A stretch of 64,000 bases of DNA from assembly GCF_009914755.1 (NCBI RefSeq), contig NC_060938.1; one strand, written 5' to 3'. Source of the DNA: the human T2T-CHM13v2.0 reference genome, Homo sapiens. The notes beneath the pieces were generated by a model. That model did no database searches. It saw only the letters and a list, made by a program, of their open reading frames with translations, and had not been told where the DNA came from. The position numbers were made by a program, and so were the translations under genes. Of this stretch, positions 1 through 12,890 are shown in pieces. Every line of letters begins with the position of its first letter. Position 1 is the first letter of the stretch.

Positions 1-19
1 CAATAACAAAAAGAAGTTC

Positions 20-620
20 ACAACCATTGTGGAAAACAGTTTGTTGATTCTTCAATAAGTTATATATGGAGTTACCATATGACACAGCAATTTCATTTCT
101 AGCTACATAACCCAAAGAATTGGAATCACGTACTCAAAAACGTGTCCCTGAAACAAATGTTTATTGCAGCCCCATTCATGACAGCCAAGAGGTGGAGAAA
201 AACCCAAATATCCATCCACTGATGAAATAAAATGTGGTATATGCAAACAATAAAATAGTATTTAACCATAAAAAGGAATGAGGAACTGACGCATGCTACA
301 ACATGGCCGAGCCTCGTGAGAACTTTATGTGACATGAGAGAAGTCAGTTACAAAGGCCACATATTGTGTGAACCCATTTATAGGAAATGCTCAGAAGAGG
401 CAAATATGTGGAGACAGAAAGCAGATTGGTAGTTGCCAGGGGCTGGGATAGGGGGAGTGAGGAGTGGCTGCTAATGGGTATCCAGCTTCTTTTTGGGGTG
501 ATGAAATGTTCTGGAACTGGATAGTGGTGATAATAACACAACATTGTCGATGTGCTAGAAAGCCACTGAATTGTACATTTCAAAACGGTTAAAGTGGGGA
601 ATTTCACATTCTGTGGATTT
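20..620 (+). mobile_element. Old L1 (L1MB-like) ORF2 end and 3' UTR fragment
   Basis: L1M 3' motifs: 'gagttaccatatgacacagcaattt', 'aaatgtggtatatgc', 'agattggtagttgccaggggctggg', 'tggggtgatgaaatgttctggaact', 'ccactgaattgtacattt'. Confidence 0.85.
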
Positions 621-622
621 TG

Positions 623-723
<101 letters not shown>

Positions 724-774
724 AGTGCAGCGAGTTGGGGGAGCTGTGGCCAGCAGTCTGATGGGTCTGGGAGT

Positions 775-1800
775 CCGAAGGCTCGCGGAGGAGAGTGTGA
801 TGTGGGGTCTGCTCCCAGAGCGCGCGCGCTGTGGCTCTTGGAAGGTGGGGCTCTGAGGACCGGGGTCCTGCGTGCATAGACCTGGAGCCCACCTTAAAGA
901 CGCTGCTTCAGGGACGCTTCAACAAGCCCCAACCCACCCAACTGCGTGGCGCTCCCCGCCTTTGGGCGCCCTGTTAGGGTTGGGGGTGACCCCTGCAGCC
1001 CCTCATGTGCGAATCCAGGTTCTCCTCCCCTCCAGGCTGCTTCCTGCACAGCAGCACCGAGCAGCAGCCACCTCAGGGCCAGGGAGCCCGAGCTGCGGGA
1101 TCCGCCGCCCCGGGGCCGCAGCAGCTTCAGCTCCTTGGCGTCTGCGCCGGGGTCCTCGCGGCCGCCGCGAACCGCTCCTTCAGTTTCGCTATGCGGAGCG
1201 GGCGCGGGACCCCAGCAGGTGAGGGCCCAGGGCAGGTGCCTTCCCTCGCCCCGGCTCCCGCCCCAGCTCCTGGCCGGCCCAGCGCGTCCTGCTCCCGCTC
1301 TCGCCGTGCTCTCGGCGCTGCATGTCCCCGGGGCGCGGCGCAGCAGCTGGTGCCGCGGTGGGCATCTGTTCGGCCTCCTCTGTCCCCACGCGTGACCTGA
1401 TCGCTGCGACAGCGGAATCCCACGGTGCAGGCCCAGAGCTGCGCCGAGAGCCGCGCGTCCAGCTCCTCCCGGGCCTGGGTTTAGGGTCCACAGCTCTTGC
1501 CAAATTCCAGAGGCTGGAAGGGACGCGAAGTTCTTCGTGACCCCAGCTTCTCAGGCAGCGCAGAGGACTCAGAAACTCTGCTGCAGCCCCGGAACGGGCC
1601 GAGGGCACCCACCCCGGCGGGGAGAAGGGCCGCTGGTGGTCTCTGCATCGCCTCTCTCGACCCAGACTCCTGTCTCTGTCCGAGATGTCCCAAAGTGGCC
1701 AGTTATTATCTGCAACACGGGTGCCTGCTTCAGGCCTAATGGGAAAGGGCTCAGCGGGCATGTTAATGGCTGGATATGTGACTGCTGCTGTGGTCGCCCC
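775..1800. promoter_or_regulatory. CpG island, probable promoter
   Basis: High GC and dense CpG ('gagcgcgcgcgc', 'ctcgcggccgccgcg', 'ggggcgcggcgc') against CpG-depleted flanks. GC box CCGCCC at 1258-1263. No repeat origin recognised. Confidence 0.9.
1000..1218 (+). ncRNA. Candidate first exon of a probably non-coding transcript (start position uncertain)
   Basis: Strong donor CAG|GTGAGG at 1218/1219 inside the CpG island. No credible downstream coding exons seen. Confidence 0.4.
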
Positions 1801-2226
1801 TAGGCCCAGCCCCAGCTGGGTTGTTACCGGAATCAAAAGGACACAGAAGCCGTTTCTATCTCAGCTGTGATGGAACGTGATTCATCTCCCAAGGAGCGGT
1901 GGGCTGTTCTTTCTTGTGCTGGGCTCCTCACCCAGTTCTCTCTTCCCCCAGGGGCCGGGGACCCCTACCTTTTTTAAGAGTCCTCTCTGCAGACAGTTCC
2001 CTTGAAAAGGACTTTCTTTCTGCGGTGCCTGGTTACGGGAGGCCAGCTGAGATGCTTAATAGTGAGACCAACTGTGCCCTGCAGACTGGCCCTGCGGCAG
2101 GGGCCCTGGTGACCTCCAGGACACACCCATGGGAGCCGTGGCTTGGGGTCAAAGGGCCCTGGGGAAGGGAACACTTTGGCGTTGATCGTCTGGGTGGCTC
2201 CAGTCTCTGCATCTTTCCTCTGTGTC

Positions 2227-2523
2227 TTTTTTTTTTTTTTTTTGAGAAGGAGTCTCTCTCTGTCGCCCAGGCTGGACTGCAGTGGTGCGATCTCAACTCA
2301 CTGCAACCTCTGCCTCCTGGGTTCAAGCGATTCTCCTGCCTCAGCTCCGGAGTAGCTGGGACTACAGGCGCCCGCCACCACGCCCGGCTAATTTTTTGTA
2401 TTTTTAGTAGAGACGGGGTTTCACCGTGTTAGCCAGGATGGTCTCAATCTCCTGACCTCGTGATCCGCCTGCCTTGGACTCCCAAAGTACTGGGAATACA
2501 GGCGTGAGCCACTGCGCCCGGCC
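2227..2523 (-). mobile_element. Alu, AluSc/AluY-like, full length
   Basis: Poly-T followed by antisense Alu with 'ccgtgttagccaggatggtctc'. TSD tcctctgtgtct (2216-2227) / tcctctatgtct (2524-2535). Confidence 0.96.
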
Positions 2524-3252
2524 TCCTCTATGTCTCTTAAACTTGAATGTGACAGAGACCTTTTGTGCTTTCTTCTAAAACAGATTTTAAAGACCCCCTC
2601 AGATAAATGAGAAACTGTAAAAAATGATGGTCTTACCCTCTGAAAATGTTTTAAAATGAAGCATTATTACAGCAAAAGAAACTTTTGCTCTTTAAATGGT
2701 CATGTTTTGTATGATTCAAAGGAAAAGACAAAAATCAAAAAAAGTGTCTTGTAGACTTTTTAACTCTTCAGGACTTTGTGCACCCTGAGGGCTCCACAAA
2801 TCCAACTGTTGACAGCATTGTCTTTCTTCATGTGATCATCACAGCACAGATGTGAAATGGAAGGAATTACCCAATTTTCAGGGTGAGGTAAACTGAGGCT
2901 AGGAGAGGGCATGAGATTTGGCAGAAGGAAGTGATGCAGATTGAACTGCAGGGGTGTCTGATACGTGTTCACCCACCCGGAGGCGTGCAGGCCTCTACCG
3001 CTGAATCCGAGCTACCAAATGCTGTCTTCTGCAGGGCTTGAAGTTTATTTTCAGCAACTTACATCTCTCCGTTACAGGCCATTTGTCCCTTTTGTAATAG
3101 TTTCACTTCCAATCTCTCCCTTGCTCAAATTATTCTCCTGCACTTCAAGGAAGAGGAGTAAGAAGGAGATTAACATTGATGTTACTCTGCAAGGTACCTT
3201 ACATCCACTATTTTGTTGGCTCCTCGCTAGAGCATTTTGAAGCTGGTGTTGT

Positions 3253-3390
3253 TCCCATTTTAGAGTTGAGAAAGGCAGTACTCAAGAGGTGAGATAACCA
3301 GCCCAAGTTCACATAGCCGGTAAATGGCAGAGCCAGGATTCACATCTCGAGAGGGTAATCTGACCCCAAAGGCCCTTCTTTTCCATAGCA
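3253..3390 (-). mobile_element. MIR fragment
   Basis: 'cccattttagagttgagaaag...cccaagttcacatagccggtaaatggcagagccaggattc' matches the antisense MIR core. Confidence 0.8.
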
Positions 3391-5557
3391 TCATGTTGGA
3401 AGATGTAAGGATCTGCCAGGGACTCCCTGGGGGCAGAAACCTGGAGAAACAACTTATCCAAAGCATTTCTTTAGCTGACTTCCCTTTTTTTCCCTCCCTG
3501 TTGTATGAAAAATTCATACTTGCCATTAAGAGGCAATGGGAAGGGGGCTTTGGGCAGTCATCAATTCAAGAAACAGGATTAGCATGCTGGATCCATGAAG
3601 CACAGAAGGAAGGAAATGTAACTCAAAGAAAGTCACTGATGATTATGTACAGTGGAGACACATGTAATGGTATATTCTAGCCCACGAATAAAATGGCCAA
3701 AGGGCTTCAGAGGAAAGAAATCAGCCTGAAGCCCAGGAGCAAGGGATAACCAGTTTTTCTCTCCTGCAGTCTGGCCTCCAGGTTCGACTGTGTTTTTGTC
3801 TTGCCCTTCTCAGACAAATGTCTATCTTGGTCTCCACTCTGTATCTCCATCCAGAAATGCTAGTCATGTGGCCATCATAGGATGCACCAAGTACATATTT
3901 GAATTACGTAGTTAAATAACAATATTGATCACAAGCGTAATCATATATATTCACATGGCATTTACTTTTAACATTCTTTCACGTGCAAGACGTCACTGAG
4001 TCTCCACAGCAGACTACTAAGATCCTGAGGATAAGGCTTATTTTCTTCCTCTTGTTGCCAAAGCAACTAAGCCTCAGTGGGGCTGGGGAAATGAAATGCT
4101 GCCTTTGACATGGAATGAAGCAACGCCCCATGCCAGCAAGCCTATCAGATTCTCCAGGACCCACTCCAACCCCCATCAGGCCGTCTCCTGACCTCACACT
4201 GGCAGTCCCTAGAATGCTTTCCTGTGCCTAATGACATTTCGCTTTCCCAGTATCCCTGTGTGATACATAGTTTTTCAAAATTGCCTGTCAATTTCATGAA
4301 TACAGAAGACTAACATCCCAAAGGAGGCAATGACTTGCTCGAGGCCCCACAGTGGAACCAGGGCTTGAACTCATGCCAACTGATATGAAGTCTTAGGTCT
4401 TTTTGCTACGACACAGGTGCCTCTGTATCTGCAGTTGGTTTTGATGGCATGTGCGTGTGTGTATGTGTGCGTGCACACACACGTGTTCATGTTGATGAGG
4501 GAAGGAAGAACGACAGAAGGGGCTACCTTTTGGATGATGCTAAAAACGAGCCCTGTCTAACTGGTATCTGTGCCTTTACTGTGTTGGACATTAGAACTAT
4601 TCAAAAGAAGTTCAAATCACTTGGGAGTCAACATCTCAAAATACAACTGCCCCTCAAAGCGTGGCTTATTTAGAAAGGGTGCACGGGGAGGGCTTTGGCT
4701 CTGGAACGGAATGACAGGAAAGAGCTCCTGGGGTGTTCATTGTCCCAGTCTTGATGGCTGGGCTGAGATTATGGCTTGGGGGATGAGAGTCCATTTATCT
4801 GGTTCATTCCCACAGTCTAATTGGAAAAGTGGAATTACCACTTAAGACTGATGGTAACAGAACGTCTTTAAGCGATGAAGCTAAAATGAGCTGTGAAGTT
4901 ATATCCAGGAGCCGACCACTTTTGACTGCAGCAAGAGGTTTTATTTGAAATTAGAAAATGAAAATTACCGATCAATGCAGTAAGAATAGAATGAATCGTG
5001 TTTCAATTGCACTACAGGAAAATGTAACTCAGAATCAAGATGTCCTATTTACCTTCTTTCCAATTCCAGCTCCTTACACATAATGGCAACATATATAAAT
5101 AGATAATGCATTGGTGAGCAGCAGACACAAGCCTCAGCATCTCTGACCTTCAGATCAACCCGGTGGCAGTAAAATGAGCTCTGGGGAAGTTGGACAGAAA
5201 GAGGGAACCTCTGTGGGCTTCATCCTAAGGGATAAAGTGTAAGCCCTGCCCTGTGGTCCTTCTGTCAACTTAGAATGCTGTGGGTTTGTGCTTTTTTTTA
5301 ATTGAAAAAGTCAGGGCATGATTTCAATGAACAACACTGAGGCCAATGAGAAAGATTTGTTTTCACAATTGCTAAAACAAGTAGTCATTGTGATGAAAGA
5401 AATCATTCCAAACAGAAAACTGGCATTGTGGAAGGCATCGGAAGAAGGAATTTATATTATAATTTTTAAAATTAGTATTATTGGTGTTGTCAACAGACTG
5501 ATCGCTTTTATTCCTTGGGCAATTAATATGGCCTGCATGATTTTCAAACATGATCTA

Positions 5558-5920
5558 TTCATTCATTCAATAGCTACGTTCTGAGTGTCTAGTATGCACC
5601 ACGTGCTGCGGATACAGTAGTGAACAAAGATAAAAATTTCTGCTTTCATGGAGCTTTTATTTTACTGGAAGACATGCAAAATAAGAATGATGAGTGCTGC
5701 AGAAAAAATAAATCAGGGAAGGGAGAGAGGGTGTGCTGGGGAGTGGTCAAACATAGTTTGCATTTTTACACAGCATCATCAGGCAGGTAGGAGATGAGCA
5801 ATGGAGGAGATGAGGGAGTGAGACGTGAATGGCTGAGGAAGAGCAGAGGGAACAGAAAGTGCAAACAGCCAGAGGTGGACACTTGCTTATTGTGTCCAGA
5901 GAACAGGAGGGCGATCACAT
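5558..5920 (-). mobile_element. L2 3' fragment
   Basis: 'cattcattcaa...ctgagtgtctagtatg...gatacagtagtgaacaaaga...ctgctttcatggagctt' matches the antisense L2 3' end. Confidence 0.75.
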
Positions 5921-6164
5921 ATGCTTGTGCAGTCTTCAGAAGCCCACTGGGAGATCATGTCACAGAAGAGAGGGCTCAGACTCAGGGCAAAGTTGCACAA
6001 CTTGACCAAGAGTCTGTGCCATTAACCACTGTGCACATCTGTTTCCACCATCCCAGGGATCTTTTTGGTGATGTGAAAACCACCTGGCTCAATGTGAAGA
6101 TATTGGAGCCTTCCTTCAGAAAGGTTTGAAAATGAAGAGTTGAAGACTGTTATTTTGCTTCCTG

Positions 6165-6968
6165 AAAATCTCTCATCTATTCATTTGTCTGTATCTTCAG
6201 ACCATCTGCCCTGGTTCAAGCTGCCCTGTCTCTCTCATGGATCCCTGAAAGAGCTGTTGTTTGTTCTCCTTGTGTCCACTCCACTTTGCTCCAAGCCATT
6301 CCCCACATAGGCCAGAATGATCTTACAGAAATACAAATCTGATTATATCATCATGCCCCAACTTAAAATCCTTCAACAGCTTCCTATGGCTCTTACAATT
6401 GAGTCCTGAATCCATCATGGGAGCAACGCCATCCTGTCAGGTCTGCTCCTGTCCTTGTTTCTAGCCTCCTAACTCTTTTTCTACAGCCTGTGCTCCAGCC
6501 CTACCTGCTTCTCAGACACACCATGCGGCTTCCTGTCTCATGTCCTTCATGGGTGTGCACTTGTTTCCATCTGGTATGGTCCCTTATCTTCTGCCTGTTA
6601 ATCCTGTCTCTATATTCATCAAAGCTCAGTTCAAATGCTACTCCTTGCCTTCCCTGTGCTCCAGCCTCTGACTCTCTCAAGTCCTGGCTAGATCCCTGAT
6701 TTGATGTCATGGTCCCCAGCATTTTCTGCACTGTTCTGTCATGATACTTGTTACACTTACATTTCTGATCATTTGTTTACTGCTGTAACCCAGCATCTAC
6801 AACAGTATCTAAATGCCCAACAAGTACAAATAAACACATGCCTCCCTGCCAGACCCTAATGTCCATGAGGGCAGGGATCACTTGTTTTACTCCCATAATT
6901 CCTCTTGTGTTTAGCTCAGTGCCTGGCACCCAGAATGTACTCCATAATGACTTCTTGAAGGAATGACT
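6165..6968 (+). mobile_element. L2 fragment(s) including 3' end
   Basis: 'gccagaatgatctt...aaatctgattatatca...cttaaaatccttcaacagcttcc', ending 'cagtgcctggcacccag...gaaggaatga'. Confidence 0.7.
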
Positions 6969-7894
6969 GCAGTTTGCAAAATATGAGCCTCCAGTGTTTT
7001 TCTCTGATCCTGTCTGGGGGAAGCTCCTTACAGATGCATTAATAGATGAATCCCATCTACAATCTTCATCTTGTTTTACCTATGAGCTCATCCAGCTGTG
7101 TCCCCAACCTGCCACCCAGAGTGGCTTGCTGTGTTTCTTTGTTTGTCTTGCTTCTGTGGAGTCTCAAAAGCAATTTTTTGGCTCACTTCTAAACATTCTG
7201 TGAGTCTGTTCAGTATGCAGACTCCAGGCTTTTTGATTTTGCTTCCCTTTCCTCCCTCTGCCTGATTTCCTCAAGAACATATTTTCTTCTTTAGTGTTGA
7301 CTATATTTTTATACATTGCCCCAAATTCATTGTGAATTAGTGTAGAAACGGAATAAATAAAAACTTGAGTTTCCAGCCATACCCAGAATTGGATAGACTA
7401 GGGTGTATGTTGGGTGCCAGGAAGGATCCAAGCCAAAGCCCCGCTTACTACACCATGGCTCATGATCCTGAGCCAGGGACTCTCTTCAGATCCCCACTCT
7501 ATCTGCCCAGTTACTTTGCCTCATCTTTCTGGAAGGTATCTTTCTGGATTTGGGAACTATCATGAATCCAGCCAGGTCACATTACCATGTCAAAGTTTTG
7601 CCAAAAGATTTTACCCAGAGCCTGGGCTCAGCTCACTGTGACCTGTCTTTCCCGTACATACTCAACACTTGCTGAGATCTTTCAGAAAATTGGCTAGCCT
7701 TGAAAGCTGTGCTTTTGTTTCCCATGTCTCTTCATTAGGGCTTCATGTTCTGGTTTCACTTCCTGAATTAGATCTTCTGGGACCCATGAATGTCTGGGTT
7801 ATCTTGGGGTGGCTGTGTTGAGGTGTTTTCCTGCATTCCCACAGTCTCTCAGAAGCTCCTCAGCTCAGGGCATGTTCTTCTTTCTGTTTAAAGT

Positions 7895-10290
7895 ACATCC
7901 CCTTTAAAAAGCATATAGTTGGGTCTTAATGTTTTAGTCCAGTCTGAAAAATCTCTGCCTTTTAATTAAAATATTTAGTCCATTTATATTTAATGCAATT
8001 ATTGTTGTGGTTGAGTTTAAGTCTGCTTTACCATTTTGCTATTCATTTTTCACTTGTCTTATTTAATTTTTGTTCTTTCCTTCTCCTTTTTACTTTTTCT
8101 AAAAAATAAGTATTTTTTAGTATTTGATTTTATCTGCTACATTGGTTCTTTAGCTATATCTCTGTGTTATTTTTCACACTTATCTTAGCCAAAAGGTGAC
8201 AAAAGGATCCTCTGTGTTATTTTTCTTAAAGAGGTGCTCTGGGGATTATAATATGCATGTTTAACTTATCACAATCTATCACGAATTAATATTATACCAC
8301 TTTACATATACAATAAGAACTTTATAACACTAAATCTCAATTTATCCTTTCTGTAGTTTGTATTACTGTTATCATACATTGTACTTCCATATGTTATAAA
8401 TTATAGCATTTATAACATTGTTATTAATTTTGTTTTAAATAATCAATTATCTTTTAAGGAAATTAAGAAACAAAAAACTTGTCTTTTAAATGTATCTATG
8501 TATTTGCCATTTTTGAGGTTCTTCATTACTTTGTATATATTAAAGCCTCCATTTGGTATAATTTTTCTTTAACATAAAGAATTTCCTTTAACATTTCTTA
8601 GAGGGTAGGTCTGCTAGTGATGGATTATCTCAGCTTGTGTTTATCTAAAAATGTCTTTATTTTGAAAAATATTTTTGCTGGATATAGAATTATAAATAGA
8701 CAGCTCCCCCTTCCCCAGCATTTTGAAGATGTTGTTTTATTGTGTTCTGGTCTGCATTATTTCTAATGAGAAGAGTAGTCATTCTTACCATTGTTCTTCT
8801 GTGAGTAATAGTTTTTTTTCATTGCCTCTAGCTGCTTTTAATATTTTATTTTTATCTTCCATTTTTAGCAATTTGACCATGATGTCTCTGGAAGTGTGTT
8901 TATTTTATTTATTTAATTATTTATTTTGGTTTATCTTGCTTGGGCTTTGCCAAATTTCTTGGAATATAAGTTAATCTCATCAAATTTAGAAAATTTGGAC
9001 CATTATATTATCAAATATTTTTTCTATCTTAATCTCTCTTCTCTTTTAGGGACTGCATATATTTGGGATTATACATATATTAGATCAGTTGATATTGTTT
9101 CACAGGTCACTTAGGCTCTTTATATTTTTGTCCACCCCCTTTCTCTATGCATTATTTTGAATAGTGTCTATTGCTCTGTCTTTAATTATACTGATTCTTT
9201 GCAGTGTTTAATTTGCTGATATTCCAACACATCCAGTGAATTTTTCTATTCAGGTTTATTTAATATTTCAGTTCAAGAATTTTCCATTTAGTCATTTTAA
9301 AAATAGTCTATATTTTTCCACAGAGATTTTCTATTTCTTTCCTCATTATATCTAGTGTCTCATTTAGATACTTAAACATTTTTATGTTTCTTATTATTTT
9401 CTCCTGGTTCTAATATCTTCATTATATACGTGTCCATGTTTATTGACATTTTTCTTCTTGATTGTTGGTTATATTTTTCTGCTTCTTCTCATGTTCAGTA
9501 ACTTTTGATTATATGTTGGATATTGTGGATGTTATATTGATGAGGGTCTTGGTTTTGTTGTCTTCCTTTAAAAATTGTTGGGTTTTGTTTTGACTGGTAG
9601 TTAATTTATTGGTGGATCAGCTTGATCCTTTTAAGACTTGTTTTAAAGCTTTGTTATTTGTGGGTCTAGTGGAGACTTTACTTAAGGGCTAGTATGACCC
9701 TAATTCTAAGTTTCGGCCTTTCTGGAGATTCAGCTGAACACCTGGAGAGTCTATTGAGGTCTTTGTCCCTCGTCTGTTCAGAATGGCACCAGGTACTAGC
9801 ACTGTATAATTTTCAAAATCTCTATTCGCCTTATAGCTTCCCAGTAGTTGTTACCTGCTAGGCCAAAATGAAGTCTTTTCACGCACTTGCACAGCTTAGT
9901 ATATGGCCAGAGACTTAAAAGAATCCCTATGGAGATTTTGAATTTCCCTTTCTGTGCATCTCCTTCTTCTCTGGCACCCCACTGTGTAAATTCCAGTGCC
10001 CCTCAATAGTCCCAAATTCTAATCTCTGCCTTCTCAGTCCAGTAACACCACCATGTTTTCTTGGGCTCCACCTCTTTATACTGCAGAGCATAAAACACCT
10101 TCAAGCAGAAAGCCAGAGCAATTGTAGCACTTACTTCACGCATTTACTTTCTCTCAGGGATCATAATCCTATGATGACTCTTGTGCGATATCTGAAAACA
10201 TTTGCTGCAGATATTGCCCAGTTTTACAGTTGTTTTCAACAGGAGAAATAATCTAGTACTAGTTATTCCATCATGAGTAGAACCAGAAGT
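7895..10290 (-). mobile_element. Ancient L1M fragment (ORF2 start, ORF1 and 5' region), heavily decayed
   Basis: Very T-rich 2.4 kb block with antisense L1M motifs 'agcatatagttgggtctt...ccagtctgaaaaatctctgccttttaatt', 'atttttgctggatatagaatt', 'ggtctgctagtgatgg'. Confidence 0.8.
8176..8209 (-). pseudogene. 3'-truncated U2 snRNA retrocopy (about nt 1-34) with 16-bp TSD
   Basis: Reverse complement (g)atccttttgtcaCCTTTTGGCTAAGAT-AAGTGT versus U2 5' end ATCGCTTCTCGGCCTTTTGGCTAAGATCAAGTGT. Perfect flanking repeat ctctgtgttatttttc at 8160-8175 and 8210-8225. Confidence 0.85.
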
Positions 10291-11479
10291 TTTGTCATAT
10301 CCTCTGTTAACTGTGCCTGAATGTTGTAAACCACCTTAAAACCCAGTTTTCTTTTTTCCTAAGTAACTGGTGATTATTTACAAGCAGCAAATAAATTGGT
10401 CAATACCCTTTTCTTGGTCACTGCTTAGGCAGAGGATGGAGGAATGAAATGGGATAAGATAAACTCTTAGGTAGGCGTATGACAGGTACTATGAAAGATT
10501 CCATGATGGAAATTGTTAGCAGGAGTGGGTTATGAGTGTTTATATGGGTTATTAGTGTTAGCGCCTGTTCTCCACTGTTGATATTTCCTTCAAAGTGGAG
10601 AGACACTTGTTAGAGGAATACTCTTGGTCACCTGCCTTACCCTAACTCTTCTCAAGTGGGTAGATAGAGTTACTTGATTGGTAAATTTGAGAGTAGAAAT
10701 GAACATGTTCAGCTGCAGCCCTTTCTCCTGCTCTGCCCTTGGAGATCCAGCTACATGGTTTACTCTTCCGTGGCTTAATTTGTACAATAATATCTGAGAA
10801 GACAGCAGGAGCTCAATAAATGGTAGAATCAGAAGTTATTATTATTACTATTATTATTATTATTACTTTTTTTCTCATTTCCATTTCCTTTTTCATTTTA
10901 AGGGGCCTCTAGAAAACAAAACTTGAGCGATCATCTTAGGTCTGCCCTACCTTGTTTGTGTATGTAATGGGGAAGTGATTTCCATGTAAGAGAATTCAAA
11001 TGGGAAAAGAGCGGCACTCATGAAATCCCTTGGCTCACCCAGAAAACCCTGAAGGTAAACCTGGTCCATTTTGCAATGGCTTCTCTCTGGAGACATTCAG
11101 AGTCATTGGGATTGTTCATTAGTAGGGTGCAGAGACTCCAAGATGGCAGGTACCACTGCTACTATCCACTGATAGCATGGATGCCTTATGGAACTTTTCC
11201 CCAGGAACATATACGTTCCTAATCTTGTGTTACTGGAGTTATTAATGTAACTGTGATATTTTCTGAGTGCACGCATGCAATCTAGGAAGCAAAGAGTGTT
11301 TGAAGTATGCTGGGAAGTGAAGGAAGTCAGGCTAAGTTGGGAAAATCAACCCTGTAGATTAATTATAGAGTGCCAGGATTGGTACAGTCTCAGAATTCAT
11401 TGCTCTAGATAGATAATTCTTATCCTTTTGTTTGTCTCCCACACATTCATAGAATTCTGGCAAAGAACCAAAGGGGATA

Positions 11480-11700
11480 CAGTGTGGAGGTTATAAGCAT
11501 CAACTCTGGTGGTGCTAGATTATCTGGGTTAGGTCCCTAGTTTCATCCCTTATTGCCTACATGGCCTTGGGGAAATCCTTTAACCTCTCTGTGCCTCAGT
11601 TTATTCATCTGTGAAACAGTAGCAACCTACCCATAAGGTTGTTGGAAAAATAAAATTAAAATAAACTCAATGATATAAGATGAAATGAGATAATATGCCA
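11480..11700 (+). mobile_element. MIR
   Basis: Core 'taacctctctgtgcctcagtttattcatctgtgaaa'. Confidence 0.85.
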
Positions 11701-11724
11701 TAATTTTAATATTGTGAGTTAGGT

Positions 11725-11915
11725 TAGCTAACATTTATAAGTGTTCTTATAGACCAGACCCTATCCTAAATACTTAGCATGTAATAATTCATTAACCTTC
11801 ACACATAGAATCCTATGAGATAGGTCGCTATTATTATCCCCATTCTACAGATAAGGAAACAAGAGTTTTCTAGTTAGTGCTGGAGCTGGAACTCCAGGCC
11901 TATCTGCCTCTAGAG
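11725..11915 (-). mobile_element. MIR
   Basis: 'cctatgagataggtcgctattattatccccattctacagataaggaaac'. Confidence 0.8.
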
Positions 11916-12664
11916 AGGAGCACGTGGTGAACAAGGTACACTGTTGTTTTCTCATTCATAACTTTCTCAATCATGCCCAGGGGCCTGAAGTTCGGAGGTG
12001 TGCTCCACCTGTGTGTGAGACTGGGTTCGATATACACCCCACCCCCCCATCATACTCTCTGAGGCCCTTGCCCTGCTCTCTGGACCTTCCTGCCCCCCAC
12101 TGTCCAAGACTAAGCTTTCTTCAGTGGCCCTGGTTGGGGAAGTGTTTTCTTTAAGCTCACACATGACAGTCTTGGGACCAGGTCTCCAGCATTCTAGCCC
12201 ACTATTCCTTTGGACTTCCATGGGGGAAAAGTTTTATGGCAGCTTCTGGGCAGGCAGCAGCAGATGAGACAGAAGATGACAAGGAGGAGGTGGAGGCTTG
12301 TGGATGTCACTGATGCCACCATGACTCAGTGATGGTGACCAGGGTTACTAGAGGTGACAGGACAGCTGCCTGGGTCACTGCTGGGCGCTAGGAAAAAGGA
12401 GCAGGAAAAGGGAGAAGATAGCTTGTGGAAGGGCCACCAGGAGAGCCCAGCCACCGGGACATGAGAGGAAGTGGTCTGCATTGGTCCCGGAGCTCAACTC
12501 AGAGAGCACTGTTCGTGGAATGAGAGCCAGCACCTGTTAGTACAGTGCCTGGCTTGCTTCTATGGAGCCCTCACTCACATCGTCTGATTTTGATTCTTCT
12601 ATAAGTCTGGGAAATAGGCACAGCAGATGCTGCTATAATTGTTTCCCCTTAAAGATATAGAAAA

Positions 12665-12890
12665 TAACAGCCACAAACTCAAAGCTGGGTGCTGTATGCA
12701 CTGCTTTATCTGTGCCATTTCAGTCCTCACAATGGCTCAACACAGGGGGACTGTTTTCTTCCTTATTTGATCGATAAAATGAGGATCAGAGTCTGAGCAA
12801 GTTGCCTGAGGTCACACAGCTAGCAAGCAGCAGACCTGTGAGGTGCCCAGGCAGCTTGGCTCCAGAGATTCCTCTATGAACCACTGTCCC
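12665..12890 (-). mobile_element. MIR
   Basis: 'gcaagttgcctgaggtcacacagctagcaag...ggctccagag'. Confidence 0.7.

Noticed and set aside
1625-1645. Possible CTCF site (CCACCAGCGGCC on the minus strand)
   Set aside because: Two mismatches at core positions in GC-rich background.
872-1870. Overlapping 60-215 aa ORFs on both strands in the CpG island
   Set aside because: Ala/Pro/Arg/Gly-rich, present in many frames and without a recognisable domain. This is expected from stop-codon scarcity in GC-rich DNA.
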